A stretch of DNA of 62,855 nt, filler included, from Trichomonas gallinae (GCA_008369845.1; 6 parts of 6 records of this genome joined end to end with filler, not necessarily neighbours in it), one strand, 5' to 3'; counted from the first letter of the whole stretch, positions 11,302-23,415 are shown. Program-made: numbers and translations. The notes: generated by a model from the letters alone, not told the origin.

Positions 11302-11640
11302 TTACTCCTCTTCCTCAATGTGAGCATCCTCATCTTCTGGATCGTCTGGCTCAACTGTGCTTTCTTCCTCTTCTTCGATCTGCTTAGCAACTCTGATAGT
11401 TTCTTGCTCTTCATAGATCTTCATATTTGTTTCTGTCTTGAGAAGGAAGCGGCTTGTGTTTTTAGCTGTGAAGTCGTCTTCTGGGTAATCTGGATAATGA
11501 ACGTGCCAGGAATTTTCGCCAACACTCTTTATTTCAGCCTCGTAGAGATCGAAGCCGTTTGGATCAATAACATAGATCTGTTCGCCAGCTGTGAATGTGT
11601 GATTTGTTGGAATATCGAAATTTGGAGTCTCGTCACTCAT
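11302..11640 (-). CDS. Small chromo-barrel/Tudor-knot domain protein with acidic tail
   Basis: FTAGEQIYV..LYEAEIKSV..WHVHYPDYPEDD resembles the MRG15/Eaf3 chromo barrel; E/D-rich C-terminus. Confidence 0.7.
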   Translation of the reverse strand: MSDETPNFDIPTNHTFTAGEQIYVIDPNGFDLYEAEIKSVGENSWHVHYPDYPEDDFTAKNTSRFLLKTETNMKIYEEQETIRVAKQIEEEEESTVEPDDPEDEDAHIEEEE

Positions 11641-12627
11641 AATATTTAAAAAAAAACCGCCACTTTCACTTCATCCCGCCACAAATTTGTGATAAGATTA
11701 GATCTGTTATTTTGTATCTTTAGCGTTTTTCCCTTAATTTTAGACGTTTTTCTACATTTTACGGGCGTGGAAGCTTTCAAGTTTTTGATAAATTCGTAAT
11801 CATGTGAGATATAATGATCTATATTTCATAAATTATAGATTTTGAATGTGAAATAATCGTATGTCACCAAATTTGTTTTTGGCGGGCAATTTGATATGTT
11901 TAAGGATAATTTGAGATATGATATCGATGTTTCCAATCTATTTTAAATTTTATCAAAATGGACGAAAATAACAACTATATCTCTAAATCTCGATTTCAGA
12001 ATATTATAATGTTTTTCAGGCTTAGTACATGTTACTATGATATTATATTGTTAAATCAAGCTATTAGGTTAAATTGGAAATGCTATTTATTAACTAAATC
12101 ATGAGATATATCATTATTATTTTCATTAATGCTTTATCCATGATTTTTCTTTTAAAATTTTATTTAACACTCTATAAAATAGATGATATTAGGTGAGCAA
12201 GGCTTCTATTTCAATTGTTGACTATTTGAAAATGCTGAATTCAAAAGCAGACAATTTGAGTAGACAATATGTGCTATTTGTAATATATGCTAAAGGTTGC
12301 TCTACAAAATTCAATTGTCATGAATATGCGAAATTGAAAAGATTTTTAAAAATGCATTTCGATTAATTTCTAAGTGAGAAATTTGTATATAATCCATTAT
12401 AGATCAATAATTATTAATTATTTTTAAATTTTATATTAAGATAGTAAATTAATTTAGAAATAACTAAAAAATATAGAGATTTTCTCTTTGATTTAATTTT
12501 GCATAGATTACCAAAAACATGGATGATTTGCGATTTTTATAGCTTATGGACAGAGAGGCTGGAATACACAGAGATGACGACATACGAAAACATTATAGAA
12601 AAAAAAAATATTAAAAATAGTTTTAAT

Positions 12628-12771
12628 TAGAGGTGTAGAAACGACGATAGAAATGACGTTAAAATCTTATCGGTCCTACAAATGCAGCCTCTTTGGATTA
12701 TAAAAATACTTTCTGGCTTCAATAGTGTGGCCAATGTATAGATCACCCAAACATGCATCTACTCAATATCG
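12628..12771 (+). mobile_element. Probable DNA transposon terminus (hAT-like TAGAG end) running into the gap
   Basis: TAGAGGTGTAGAAACGACG is 18/19 identical to 46958-46976; contig ends shortly after. Confidence 0.4.
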
Positions 12772-12871
12772 NNNNNNNNNNNNNNNNNNNNNNNNNNNNN
12801 NNNNNNNNNNNNNNNTTAATTAATTAANNNNNNNNNNNNNNNNNNNNNNNNNNNNNNNNNNNNNNNNNNNN
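12772..12871. other. Assembly gap with artificial TTAATTAATTAA linker
   Basis: 44 N + TTAATTAATTAA + 44 N, identical at all five gaps. Confidence 0.97.
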
Positions 12872-12970
12872 TCCATCCTTGCTTCCCTCGCCACATTCCC
12901 ACAGATGGTCATCACAAAGGAGGAATACGACGAGGCTGGCCCATCCATCGTTCACCGCAAGTGCTTCTAA
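12872..12970 (+). CDS. ACT: Actin, C-terminal 32 codons (5' part lost in gap; not in ORF track)
   Basis: Translates to [36 protein letters not shown] at stop. Confidence 0.97.
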   Translation, partial: SILASLATFPQMVITKEEYDEAGPSIVHRKCF

Positions 12971-13247
12971 ACAATTATGGTTTATGCTTTATTTTCGAAA
13001 TCAAGCTATTTTTAGTTTTGACAACAATCTTTTTAACATTTGTGCCAACTATTAATGTTTTTTTATTTAATATGCCAAACATAATTGTCATTCAAACACA
13101 TAAATCATGAAATTAATACTAAAATTTGAACTCAATTTTGATTTTAAGCTTCTACAATTTTTGTCTAATGATTTGTTCAGTTATCATAAAAGAAATGATG
13201 AAAGTTACACACACAAATTAACAATATATTTACATAAATAAAAAAAA

Positions 13248-15167
13248 TTAAAATAATCCATCATCTTCCTCCTCTTCGTCACCGGAGAATGTGATTTCGA
13301 ATGAATCATCAACAGATTCTTCCTCAGTTTGTTTTTCTTCTTCATCAGGCTTCTGATTCTTTTCGTGATGCGATTTTGGCTTAATGAAGTTGTTTAAGTT
13401 CGGAACAAAGTCATCACTTGTTGATTCATAAGCCTTCCTCGTATCAGAGTCCGATTTTGGCTTCTTCTTTTCGAGTATTTCGGCTTTTTCTTCCTCTTCA
13501 TCAACTTCGTAGCCATTTGTGAAGCCTGAGTCATCTAAAGCAAACTGTTCCATTGTTGATCCTTTGCAGAGAACTGGATCAATAAATTTGGATGTTTTCT
13601 TGGCTGGTGGGGGACGTTCAGATGAAAATACATTTTCTGTTTCTATTTTTTCATCACCTGATGATGTGAATGAGAAAGAATCGTCATATTCCTCTTCTTC
13701 ATTTTCTACTCTCTTGATGTCAACTGTTTTTTCGACAATATCTTCGTTATTTTGATTTTCGGATTCAGATTCTTCTTCAATTTGTTCGCGAGATTGATAT
13801 TCTGATGTTTTCTCGGACTCATTGTTGGCAACTCTGAACTCAGAAGTGCTAATATCATCTGTAACTAATTCTGTAAATGTAATATCATCTGTATCATAGA
13901 GTTTGTCTGATTCTTGTTGTTGGAAAGGCTGAGTCATGCTTTGATCTGCTTCTTCTGATGATAAATCTTCAGTAGAAATGCTTGATGTAATCAAATTTAA
14001 TTTTTCTTCTTCCTCTTCCAACATTTCTTCCTCTTCTTCTATATATTCATCTTCAGACTCTTTGTTGTTCAACGTTTCTTGCTTCTGTTTTGCTTTTTCT
14101 TCATCGATTATTTCTTTTAATTCATCAACACGCGATTTGCGTTGTGTAGGTGAGAAGATCTCCTTTACAATTGGCGAATTTTCTGATTTTTGCGATGATT
14201 TTTGAGATTCTGGTGAATTTGAAAATAATTTTGGAGAATTCGAAGGAGTTTTGTCGCTTTCTGGCGAATATGATTTGATTTGAGGTGAATCAAAGTGGAG
14301 CGGCTCGGAAATTTTAATATTGCTCGAAGAATCTTCGTAGATAAATTGTGGCGCTGAATCTGATTGTGTTGTTGCATCCTTTGGAGATGAAACATGACCA
14401 TTAATCGTATCAATCGTAGAAAATGAATATGTGTCGACATTTGAATTTGGTGTATATTCGATATTATCATCATTGATATATATTGGTGACAAAGATGAAG
14501 TAGATTCAGAAATAAAGCATGTTTTGTTGTAGGCTTGAATCAAGAAATTAACCGTTTCATCGAATTCCGGTTTATCTGCAATTATCGGCTGAATTCGCTG
14601 AACACGTGGCTTTGGCGGTTTGTAATCGTTCTGATTATTGCTGTATTGTTCTTGTTTCGTTGTCTTTTTCGCAGGTTGATTTTGATTATTTTGTGGAATT
14701 TGACTGGTTTTTGTAGTATTTTGATTAGATTTTTGCTGAACCTTTTCGTATTTCTTTGGTTGCTGAGTATTTTTGTTCTGTTTGATTGCTCTCATTTTAT
14801 AAATTAATAATTTTCGTAAATTAGATTTCCAAATCTTAAAATATTTCGCTTTCTTCAAGTTGCTAAGTGCAAAAACGCAGTCCTTTTCAGCAATAAACAA
14901 CGCAAAATTTCTTGTGATTAATGAAGCGTTGATATCTTCAGCTGAAATAGTTTCAGTAGGTTTTTCAGCTGGTGCAGGTTTTGTTGCTTTCTTTTTATTC
15001 GTTTTTGGCTTATTTTTCGAGATTTTCTTTTGATCGTTTTTCTTTGGATTTCGATCTTGCTTTGATTTAGCAGTTTTAGACTTTGATTCTACTTGTGCTG
15101 ACCCTGGAGAATTCATCGCATCAAAAATTCTCTTAAGTTCTTGCCGAAATTCTCCAAATTTACTCAT
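13248..15167 (-). CDS. Hypothetical low-complexity protein (basic N-terminus, acidic S/E-rich C-terminus)
   Basis: 639-aa ORF, predicted largely disordered. Confidence 0.8.
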   Translation of the reverse strand: MSKFGEFRQELKRIFDAMNSPGSAQVESKSKTAKSKQDRNPKKNDQKKISKNKPKTNKKKATKPAPAEKPTETISAEDINASLITRNFALFIAEKDCVFALSNLKKAKYFKIWKSNLRKLLIYKMRAIKQNKNTQQPKKYEKVQQKSNQNTTKTSQIPQNNQNQPAKKTTKQEQYSNNQNDYKPPKPRVQRIQPIIADKPEFDETVNFLIQAYNKTCFISESTSSLSPIYINDDNIEYTPNSNVDTYSFSTIDTINGHVSSPKDATTQSDSAPQFIYEDSSSNIKISEPLHFDSPQIKSYSPESDKTPSNSPKLFSNSPESQKSSQKSENSPIVKEIFSPTQRKSRVDELKEIIDEEKAKQKQETLNNKESEDEYIEEEEEMLEEEEEKLNLITSSISTEDLSSEEADQSMTQPFQQQESDKLYDTDDITFTELVTDDISTSEFRVANNESEKTSEYQSREQIEEESESENQNNEDIVEKTVDIKRVENEEEEYDDSFSFTSSGDEKIETENVFSSERPPPAKKTSKFIDPVLCKGSTMEQFALDDSGFTNGYEVDEEEEKAEILEKKKPKSDSDTRKAYESTSDDFVPNLNNFIKPKSHHEKNQKPDEEEKQTEEESVDDSFEITFSGDEEEEDDGLF

Positions 15168-16242
15168 TTGTGACGTTAAAAATTGACCTTCAATAAAAAA
15201 TTATTTGTCATGTAAAATACTCTTTTGACATTATTTGTCACTGATATTTGACATCAATCATATTAACAAAGATGTCTGGGAGATAAAAATGGAAACCCTG
15301 GAAGATAAACCAGAAATAAGCATGGCGCAATTTGTTAAAATGACTATTTTGCTGATAAAGCCTCATAGAATTGAATAAAATAAGAATTTTAATAAATTGC
15401 GCTAAATTCATTGTTAAAGCGTCACTTTTTCGTATGAAACATTGCAAAAATTCCATATGATATTTTCAAGTTTCCTTTCGGATTGCATATCAGTGGGGTC
15501 TAAATAATCTAAAACTTTTTGGTGCTCGACAGCAAACTGATGTGCAACCTTAAGCATAAATTATTATTTGCCCCAAAAGAGTCTTTTTAGCATAAAACGA
15601 TATCATGAATAATAGGAAAATAATTGCGAGTGATATTCGGGATTCATGAATAATACACATTCTGACATTAGGGTCGCCCCTGTATATTATTTTCATTCAT
15701 AAAAAATCTTCAGTTTGTTATTGAAATAGGAATTCTTGGTGATATATATTTATATATTGACTTCTCTTCAATGAAAATGAAAGAAAAATGATATTGGCCC
15801 AAGGTTAATACAATTTAAAATGTCTTTGAAAAAATTGATTCAATTTGAATCAAATCAAATCTAATGAATTCATATTCGTTGAAATAATCTTGTTGAAACA
15901 ATGATCGGATGCGTGTGAATGAAATATATGATTGACGAAGAATTCTTAAACGATTATTTTGCTTAAAAAAATTTAGAATCATCAGAAATTTACCTAAAAT
16001 TTAATCAATTAAACAAGTAAAACTCGCAATTCCGTATTCCATAACATAAGGAGCAAATAACTAGCATTGATAATGCATTGAAATGTTATGATTTTTTGAA
16101 TGCATGGTGGTCTTCGCAAAAAAAAATCTACTTTAAACATTGCTGCCGAATATCTTATAATATTAATGATTATCGAAAAGTGACGCTGTGAATTCTTGCA
16201 GCCAATTCTGATTGAAATAACAAATTTTAGTTAACTCTCATC

Positions 16243-16248
16243 TCACTT
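16243..16248 (+). promoter_or_regulatory. Initiator (Inr) element
   Basis: TCACTT 20 nt before the Myb ATG at 16263. Confidence 0.6.
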
Positions 16249-16262
16249 TCAAAAAACACATC

Positions 16263-16769
16263 ATGTACAGAGGTATTCATCCAAACAATAAGTTCACACA
16301 GAGTGAAGATGAAAAGTTGAAGAATATTGTTCAGTCAAGCAGAAGTAATGTTAGTTGGAAAGCAATTGCAAAAATGATGCCCGGACGAAATGTGAGACAA
16401 TGCAAAGACAGATGGGAGAAGTTCTTGAATCCAGATTTAGTTCTCACTCCTTTCACATTAGAAGAAGATATTCAAATATTTAAATTATATCATGAGATTG
16501 GATCAAAATGGGTCCAAATCTCCAAGCTCATGCCAGGTAGATCAGACACAGCAATCAAATCTCGATTCCAACTTCTCCAAAGACACAATGAAACGTTGGA
16601 ATCGTTGATAGAAAAGAAAAACAGAGCAAATTCTCAGAAATTAAATTTTCCAAGCAACAATGTAGTTAAGAATATTAGTGTAATATCCCTCGAGGATTTT
16701 GCGGATTTTACAAGTTTTGATACCTTTGATGATCCAGTTAGTTTTCCAGTTGGATTTAATGTCTTTTAA
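16263..16769 (+). CDS. R2R3 Myb DNA-binding protein
   Basis: KFTQSEDEKL..WKAIAKMMPGRNVRQCKDRW..FTLEED..KWVQISKLMPGRSDTAIKSRF. Confidence 0.95.
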   Translation: MYRGIHPNNKFTQSEDEKLKNIVQSSRSNVSWKAIAKMMPGRNVRQCKDRWEKFLNPDLVLTPFTLEEDIQIFKLYHEIGSKWVQISKLMPGRSDTAIKSRFQLLQRHNETLESLIEKKNRANSQKLNFPSNNVVKNISVISLEDFADFTSFDTFDDPVSFPVGFNVF

Positions 16770-17102
16770 TATGTCTTTCTTTCTCTATATTTGTGCAGCG
16801 AATAATAAATCCATTATTTCTTTTCAGATAAAAATCCGTGGGATCTTAAAAATGATGTAGAAGCTGTTGATTATATATAATGAGCAAGGATAAATATACA
16901 TTTAGCATCACTTATTGGCCATTTTTGTATAACCATCGCATCATTATTTTTTCTGCTCCCTAAAATATCTTTTTAACAATAGATATTCACATATCCTGTT
17001 AAATGCAATAAATTGGAGTCTGAAGCAGTCTATATTTATCATAATGCAATAACATTAAAAATATGACATATTATAATATGAAATAAAAAAATATAATAGT
17101 AT

Positions 17103-18354
17103 TTACTGATTTCTAAAATCTTTTGGAATTTGCTTAAACAGAGCGCGTTGGTTGTCTTTGAACATGTCAAGGGCTTCACCAACTTTAATGCTTGGTTTGA
17201 TGTTCTCAAGACCAAAGTGGATAGACCGGACAAGCATCTCAGCGTCGCGGTCTGACATAGTTGCGGATGAGTCGCATGCGGCCGTGGAAGATGTGCTGGT
17301 CGCCTTTGTCAACCGAGAAACCAAGATACGAGACGATGCCAGCAACTGATGAATCGACTTGGCTTAAATGGACCCAAGCATCTTTAAATAGGCCGCCTGT
17401 CTTGAATGAGCCAATAAGTGACAAGTCAAGGCCAACACCTGGAATTTGTGGCCTGTCTGGAAGACCTTGTTGGACAAGCTTAAGCTCACCAAATGGTTGC
17501 TTTCGCTTAAGATTGAAGTTGTAACTTTCGCGAAGACGATTCATCATAGATTCGACTGTGTCGTCTTTGCTGACTTTAGCACTAGCTGTTGCATGTGCGA
17601 AGCAGTTCGTGCAGCTCAAGTCTGTGCTTGGAATAATATAAGGTCTCATGTTGACACAAGTTGCACATGCAGTTGTGTCGAGATTTCCGTTGTATGCACA
17701 TGCAGCAAGAATGAAGTTTGACCAGTAGTACTCGGTAAGTTTCGTAAGTTTGCCGTTCAACTTGTACGTCATCATATCTTCCGCACGTGAATGTGCGCCA
17801 TTAGTCAAAAGGGAGTGAGAAATGTATAGCTCGGATGGATTGCGTGAGATGAATCGTGTGATTGATGGATCTTGTGTGTTGAAATCTGGTAATTTATCTG
17901 TATAACTTAAAATCTCTTTCTCGAAATATTTCTCGCCTGGAATGATGCTAGGTATGTAGTCTATATCGCAATCGTCCCTCAAATGGGCGAAGATCTGTTG
18001 CAAATATCCGCCATCGCCGGCCAAGTGGTTAACGTTTAAAACAATCGTGTCTTTGTTTGCTCCAACTGATGCAAGTGCTTGATCCATTGGACGTGTGTAC
18101 TGACTACCCATGATTTCACACAACTTCTCCATATCTGTGACATTATCGGGTAATTTGAAGACGGGAGTCTCTGTCTTAACTCTATAAATAATTTTGCCAT
18201 CTGTTGCATGATGTAAGCCCGAAACTGATTTATCGATTTTAGAAAGAACATGTTCTTTCTTTGATGGATCAGATAGCTTCATTGCAAGCTGAATGAAAAT
18301 CCTTCCACCAATGAAAAATTTCTCCCAGCCAATGATAGGCCTGGCTTCAAGCAT
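17103..18354 (-). pseudogene. CoA-dependent acyltransferase-like (HxxxDG) gene with a frameshift near 17272
   Basis: NHLAGDGG motif and CVNMRPYI; the reading frame shifts after HGRMR into SSATMSDRDAEMLVRSIHFGL..., ending at 17103; pseudogene or sequencing error. Confidence 0.6.
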
Positions 18355-18591
18355 TATTGTAAAAATGATTTATTAAAACGATTATTTTAAACACAATTTC
18401 CGATAACTGTGGAAATAATAAAAATATCATATCGCACAATAAAACCAAAATCGTGGTCAAAAAATATCACGATATAATGTTTTGGTTGACTTGATTCATA
18501 TATATGGACAATGAATTAAAAATATTGAATTTAAAATAATCGTCATTAGTCGTATGAATTCATATGATAAATTTTTTATACTCGGTGGAAA

Positions 18592-18689
18592 AGGGGGGGA
18601 ACTCCCTCAACCTTTTCAGATCGCCTCGAAACCATGCCTGTTGGATACATATGGCATAGGGGAATATGATATCTAACGGCGACTTTCCT
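18592..18689 (+). mobile_element. Terminus of a repeated element (5'-AG start, possibly a Maverick/Polinton TIR), copy 1
   Basis: 74/76 nt identical to 58136-58211 with unrelated upstream flanks; both copies run into gaps. Confidence 0.7.
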
Positions 18690-18789
18690 NNNNNNNNNNN
18701 NNNNNNNNNNNNNNNNNNNNNNNNNNNNNNNNNTTAATTAATTAANNNNNNNNNNNNNNNNNNNNNNNNNNNNNNNNNNNNNNNNNNNN
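18690..18789. other. Assembly gap with linker
   Basis: 44N-TTAATTAATTAA-44N. Confidence 0.97.
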
Positions 18790-19200
18790 ACAGCCCGCTG
18801 CTGGTTCGGCAACCGCAAGCTCCTTGCCCGTATCGGCACACTCTTCGGCCTTGTCAAGAACATGATCACTGGTGTCACAGTCGGCTGGCGCTACAGAATG
18901 CACTTCGTCTACTCTCACTTCCCAATCAAGCACACATGCTCTGAAGATGGCCGTGTCTTCGACTTCAACGGTTTCATGGGCCACAAGGAGCACAGAATCG
19001 TCAAGGCTCCAGAGGGCGTCAGAATCTGGTCCAACGAATCTGTCGCTAAGGATGAGATCAACATCGAAGGTGCCAACCTCGAAGATGTCTCCCTCGTCTG
19101 CGGCCAGATCCACCAGCTCACAAAGATCAAAGATAAGGATCTTCGTAAGTTCCTTGATGGTATCTACGTCCAGCACGTCGAGCACCTTAAGGGAGAGTAA
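18790..19200 (+). CDS. RPL9: 60S ribosomal protein L9 (uL6), 5'-truncated by gap
   Basis: WFGNRKLLA..VKNMITGVTVGWRYRMHFVYSHFPI..KDKDLRKFLDGIYV. Confidence 0.95.
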   Translation, partial: TARCWFGNRKLLARIGTLFGLVKNMITGVTVGWRYRMHFVYSHFPIKHTCSEDGRVFDFNGFMGHKEHRIVKAPEGVRIWSNESVAKDEINIEGANLEDVSLVCGQIHQLTKIKDKDLRKFLDGIYVQHVEHLKGE

Positions 19201-19755
19201 ATCCATTAATAAAACATAAATTTATTCGATAATTTTCCAGCCTTTTTCTTTGCAATTTTCCATTAACTCACTCATGAGAATCATTATATTACCTCCAATA
19301 AGTCAAAATTTATCGACCAAAAATATCAAAACAAATCTTTTCGCTTTAAACGACCAAAATCGATCTGAATCCATTCTATCCCAATAGTACTGTTTGTGTA
19401 ATAATCAAAAATAAAAAGAAATATGAGAAATAAGCTATTTTAAAAAACTAAAGACATTTAGCAAGGAAAATCATTATTTAATAGCCTGTAAAATTTAGCT
19501 CTTGATATAAGCGGAGCCAAAATTGCAAATATTTGTTCGGATTAAATATTAAAGTGTAATATTGGTCTTTCACTTAAGTGGCATATGCTCGATCAAATTT
19601 TATAGGTAATCAAAACTAAAATCGAGGTAATGAGATAAAAATATTAAGATATCTTTGTGAGAGCACGCAAATAAAAAATGAAACATAATCTACTTTTGTG
19701 CTCTTATTTTTGATCATGATGTAGCTATTTGAACAACAATTTTTGAAATAAAAAA

Positions 19756-21159
19756 TTATTTTGTTGCTCCATGACTAATGAGAATGTTCCTGACTTCATT
19801 TGATGCTGCAATGCTGAGTGGAGTCTTTCCATCATCATTTGCTATATCAATATTGATTTTTGGAAGTGAACATAGATATTTTACAATTTCAATGTGATTG
19901 TCTCTGCTTGCATAGTATAATGACGATCCCTTTGTATTGTTCACAGCATTATAGTCAACAAAATTCGCGAAATATTGAATTGCTTCCAAATTATCTTTAA
20001 TGGAGAACCATATTAATACAGTGTTATTCCATTTGCACTTTACATCTGGATTTGCGCCAAGTTCATGGAGTTTTCTACATAATTCAAAATTATTTTGTTT
20101 TGATGCATAAATTATTGCATTATTTCCGGCTTCATCCTCAACATTGCAATATCCATTATCAACTGCATAAGATATAACGTTATAAAGACCTTCTTTGTAT
20201 GAATTTTCCAATATTTTGTAAATTTTGTTGAAATTTTCTTTTGTTTTTGGCAATAATGTTAGTATTTCGATGCTAAATGACTCATAATTATGCTGAAGTG
20301 TATTATAATCGTCTTTTAACTCATTATATTTATCTCTTCCGATTAATTGTGATTTATTTCCAGTTCTACTGCTTTTAAATTCCAAATTGTCATGTTCCTG
20401 GAGCAGTCTCTTGAAGCAGTTGATTATGTCCTGGCAATCTCTGATTCTGTAGGATTTTTCAAAATGGTCAATCAAATCTAGAATTGTTTCGATTGAGCAA
20501 AACTCCACAGAAGCGTATTTGAGCATGTAGATATACTCGAATGATCTCCTGCTGAGCTCTAGAATGATTTTTACCAGGTAATCTTCGCTTTGGAAGTTTA
20601 AATTTTGATTTTTGAAAATTGTTTCTGTATTATTAAAGTTTAAGTGAAATAATGCATCAATTAGCAAAGATTCGTCTATTTTCGAGAAATTCTGCGCAAT
20701 GTAATCAATAACTTTATCGAAACTATTTAAAATAGTTGCTTTTTCGATATATTCAATTAAATTATCTGTGCTACATTGTATTTTATCAAAGTATTGCATG
20801 TATTGACCTGTAAGTTCATCATTTCCGATGTTCATTCCAAGTGTATAAACTTCTAAGCTTTTTTCTTCATCCAAAATTGTTGAAAAAGACGTTCCTGATA
20901 TTAAACTATTGAATATTTCGTATGTTTCTGCATATTTAATATCCATTTTGAATGATAAATTGTTGTATGTCGATTTGATTTGAGACATTTCCAAAACTTT
21001 TCTCGAAATTAAAGCAGCATGATGCAATTTAGTTCGCCAGACATGGTCATTAATGTGAAATGTGAAGTCTGGGCCAAGTTTAAACTTGGCAGAATTTGCT
21101 AAATAAGGAGAACCAATTTTAAAATCTATCATTGACATTCCCTTGTTTATTTTTATCAT
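19756..21159 (-). CDS. Ankyrin-repeat protein with N-terminal BTB/BACK-like region and coiled coil
   Basis: GNNAIIYASKQNNFELCRKL, GSSLYYASRDNHIEIVKYL, GKTPLSIA; LNFQSEDYL BACK-like; Inr TCACTTT on minus strand at 21173-21179. Confidence 0.88.
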   Translation of the reverse strand: MIKINKGMSMIDFKIGSPYLANSAKFKLGPDFTFHINDHVWRTKLHHAALISRKVLEMSQIKSTYNNLSFKMDIKYAETYEIFNSLISGTSFSTILDEEKSLEVYTLGMNIGNDELTGQYMQYFDKIQCSTDNLIEYIEKATILNSFDKVIDYIAQNFSKIDESLLIDALFHLNFNNTETIFKNQNLNFQSEDYLVKIILELSRRSFEYIYMLKYASVEFCSIETILDLIDHFEKSYRIRDCQDIINCFKRLLQEHDNLEFKSSRTGNKSQLIGRDKYNELKDDYNTLQHNYESFSIEILTLLPKTKENFNKIYKILENSYKEGLYNVISYAVDNGYCNVEDEAGNNAIIYASKQNNFELCRKLHELGANPDVKCKWNNTVLIWFSIKDNLEAIQYFANFVDYNAVNNTKGSSLYYASRDNHIEIVKYLCSLPKINIDIANDDGKTPLSIAASNEVRNILISHGATK

Positions 21160-21609
21160 CCCCTTAAATTAAAAAGTGACAAAAGTTTTTTGGTTATTTA
21201 CATGTCAGATTCTGACACTTTACATAAAAGATAAAAATGGTTATGTATTGATTTCTAATAGATAATGCCTAACTAAAGGCTATGGTTATCAAATTTATGC
21301 AAAATAGATAATAAAAACTCAAATAATTCAATATTTATTCTCTGAATGTAATGACAACATATGTATTCAACATTACATGTGATATTATATAGTTGTAATA
21401 TATATATCTTAAGTTTGATGCTTATTTCTCATCATGTGTCATCAAAATATCTCTCAAATTCAAGATGTCATTGATGTTATATTGGGAAAAGTGAAACTAT
21501 TTATATCTATAGATTGCATGCAGAAAGCGTATTAACAACAAAAAAAAATTATTTTTATTGAAAACAAAAACATTATTTTTCAGGTTAAAATGGTAATGAA
21601 TCAGTATTA

Positions 21610-22782
21610 TTAGCTCTGCTTTTTCTTCTGTTTGCAGTTTCTGACTTCTGTAACAATAATAATTATAACACAAATTCCAACAACAGTGAAGAAGATTCCA
21701 TATGATAGTTTCATTACTTTAATCATTGTTGGTGACTTCTCTTCAATTGTATCCAAATTTAATGGAATGCAAATTCCGTAATACTTAAATTGTCCAGTAG
21801 GAAGGGCAGTTGTCTGGTCAAATGAAGTATTATAAGTATCATTAAGACCCTCCGGTAAAGGAGTGTCAATATAACTGTTAGTGACTTTCAACATTTTAAT
21901 ATCTACGTACATGCAGTGAATAAATGGTCCATCGTTATGTTGAGCTGTAACGCCAGTAAATATATTTGTCTGGCTCTCACTAATGTCAATATTAATAACT
22001 TCCAGCAAAGCAATTGTGTGTTTTTGGTTGAATGCAAAGAAAACGTCGCGATATCTTCTGTTTGTGATGCCCTGCAGGCCCATAATTGTGCTGGCAGTAT
22101 TGTTGTAATGTGCTATATATGATATTCGAGATGGTGCTGAGTTTCCTGAATAAAAATGATATGCAGCATAAAGTTGTACCTGATTTCGAGTAAAATTGGA
22201 GTATGTCAAGGTGGATTTGCCATTGACTCTCAATGTTGTGTATGTACTTGGAGCTGCACCTATGCATTTGCAAACAATCGACTCTCTCATAGCGAATTGT
22301 TCTGATGTATCTGCAAAACCGCATGTATATGACTCAAATGACCGACAATTGAAAATGCATACATTGTCTATTTCAACATATACGGCTGCAATCTTAAAAG
22401 CGCCGCAAGTTGCACTTGAATAGCATTTAGTGAAATCGCATTGGAAGAAAATAACAGTTCCTCCGGATTGAATGTATACTGCAGCTGCGTCATTTTGGTT
22501 TGTAAGGCTAACAAAGTAACAATCTGTGAAAGTGATTGTTTTATTTGGATCTGTGCTGTAATATCTTGGTGTTTGTCCGGTAATATTGTCATTATTTATG
22601 CGAACGACGGTATTTAATGAGTTTTCGAACTTAGAACGTGAAATTCGTAATAATTTATTGTTAAAAAACACCGGTGAAAACATTTTGGAAAAGGAAAGCT
22701 TATCTCCTTTCAGCCTCTGCATCGTGAACAAAGGAGAAAGTGAAAGATGATTCGCGCGAAGATTCGAAATTGTAAAATTCAT
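21610..22782 (-). CDS. Beta-helix (pectin-lyase/Pmp-like) membrane-anchored surface protein
   Basis: Repeating FTDCYF/FFQCDFTKC/CGAF/NFTRN strands; C-terminal TM (GIFFTVVGICVIIIIV) plus basic tail; ATG at 22782. Confidence 0.6.
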   Translation of the reverse strand: MNFTISNLRANHLSLSPLFTMQRLKGDKLSFSKMFSPVFFNNKLLRISRSKFENSLNTVVRINNDNITGQTPRYYSTDPNKTITFTDCYFVSLTNQNDAAAVYIQSGGTVIFFQCDFTKCYSSATCGAFKIAAVYVEIDNVCIFNCRSFESYTCGFADTSEQFAMRESIVCKCIGAAPSTYTTLRVNGKSTLTYSNFTRNQVQLYAAYHFYSGNSAPSRISYIAHYNNTASTIMGLQGITNRRYRDVFFAFNQKHTIALLEVINIDISESQTNIFTGVTAQHNDGPFIHCMYVDIKMLKVTNSYIDTPLPEGLNDTYNTSFDQTTALPTGQFKYYGICIPLNLDTIEEKSPTMIKVMKLSYGIFFTVVGICVIIIIVTEVRNCKQKKKQS

Positions 22783-23415
22783 TTTAAAAATAAGGTTATG
22801 TGTCACCTTTTAGATTGAATTTTTTCCTACGAAATCAAGGTTAAATCTTTTGCATGTAAAATTGAGCTCGTGTGGTCATTACAATGCGTGATTTCAACTC
22901 GAAAACCAGGATTTATATAAAAATTTAAAAAAATTGGCTTTTTAGATCTTAAAACCCTAATGGAATCATTCACTGCCTTTTCTAGATATGTGATATCTGA
23001 TACCGAAATAATAATTTCCAAAATTTGGAAAATTCAGTCAAACAGCATAAATTTGATTAAAACAAAAAGTACATCTTTAATATAGTATTTTGCCATGAAA
23101 TTTCATGCAAAAAGAAAATATTATTTAGAAATTTAAAATAAGCATATTTTAGCTTTGAAATACGTATGAAATGACTGTAATATCCAAAATATTTCGAATT
23201 TCCCATTGTATCAATATTCAATCCTTAAATAAAATTATGAGCTTTGAAATATTATGAAATGAATATAATAAACAGAATATTTCGAATTTTCCGGTAAATA
23301 ATTGTTCAATCGTTTAATCAAATACATATTTTGCTTGTTTTTCATCAAATATTATTTCAAGTTTCGTAGTTAAATCTATAAATACTACTTTTACAAAACA
23401 ACAAATAAAATATAT

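Noticed and set aside
12816..12827. TTAATTAATTAA repeated five times across the window
   Set aside because: Always centred in 100-nt N gaps; an artificial all-frame stop linker, not biology
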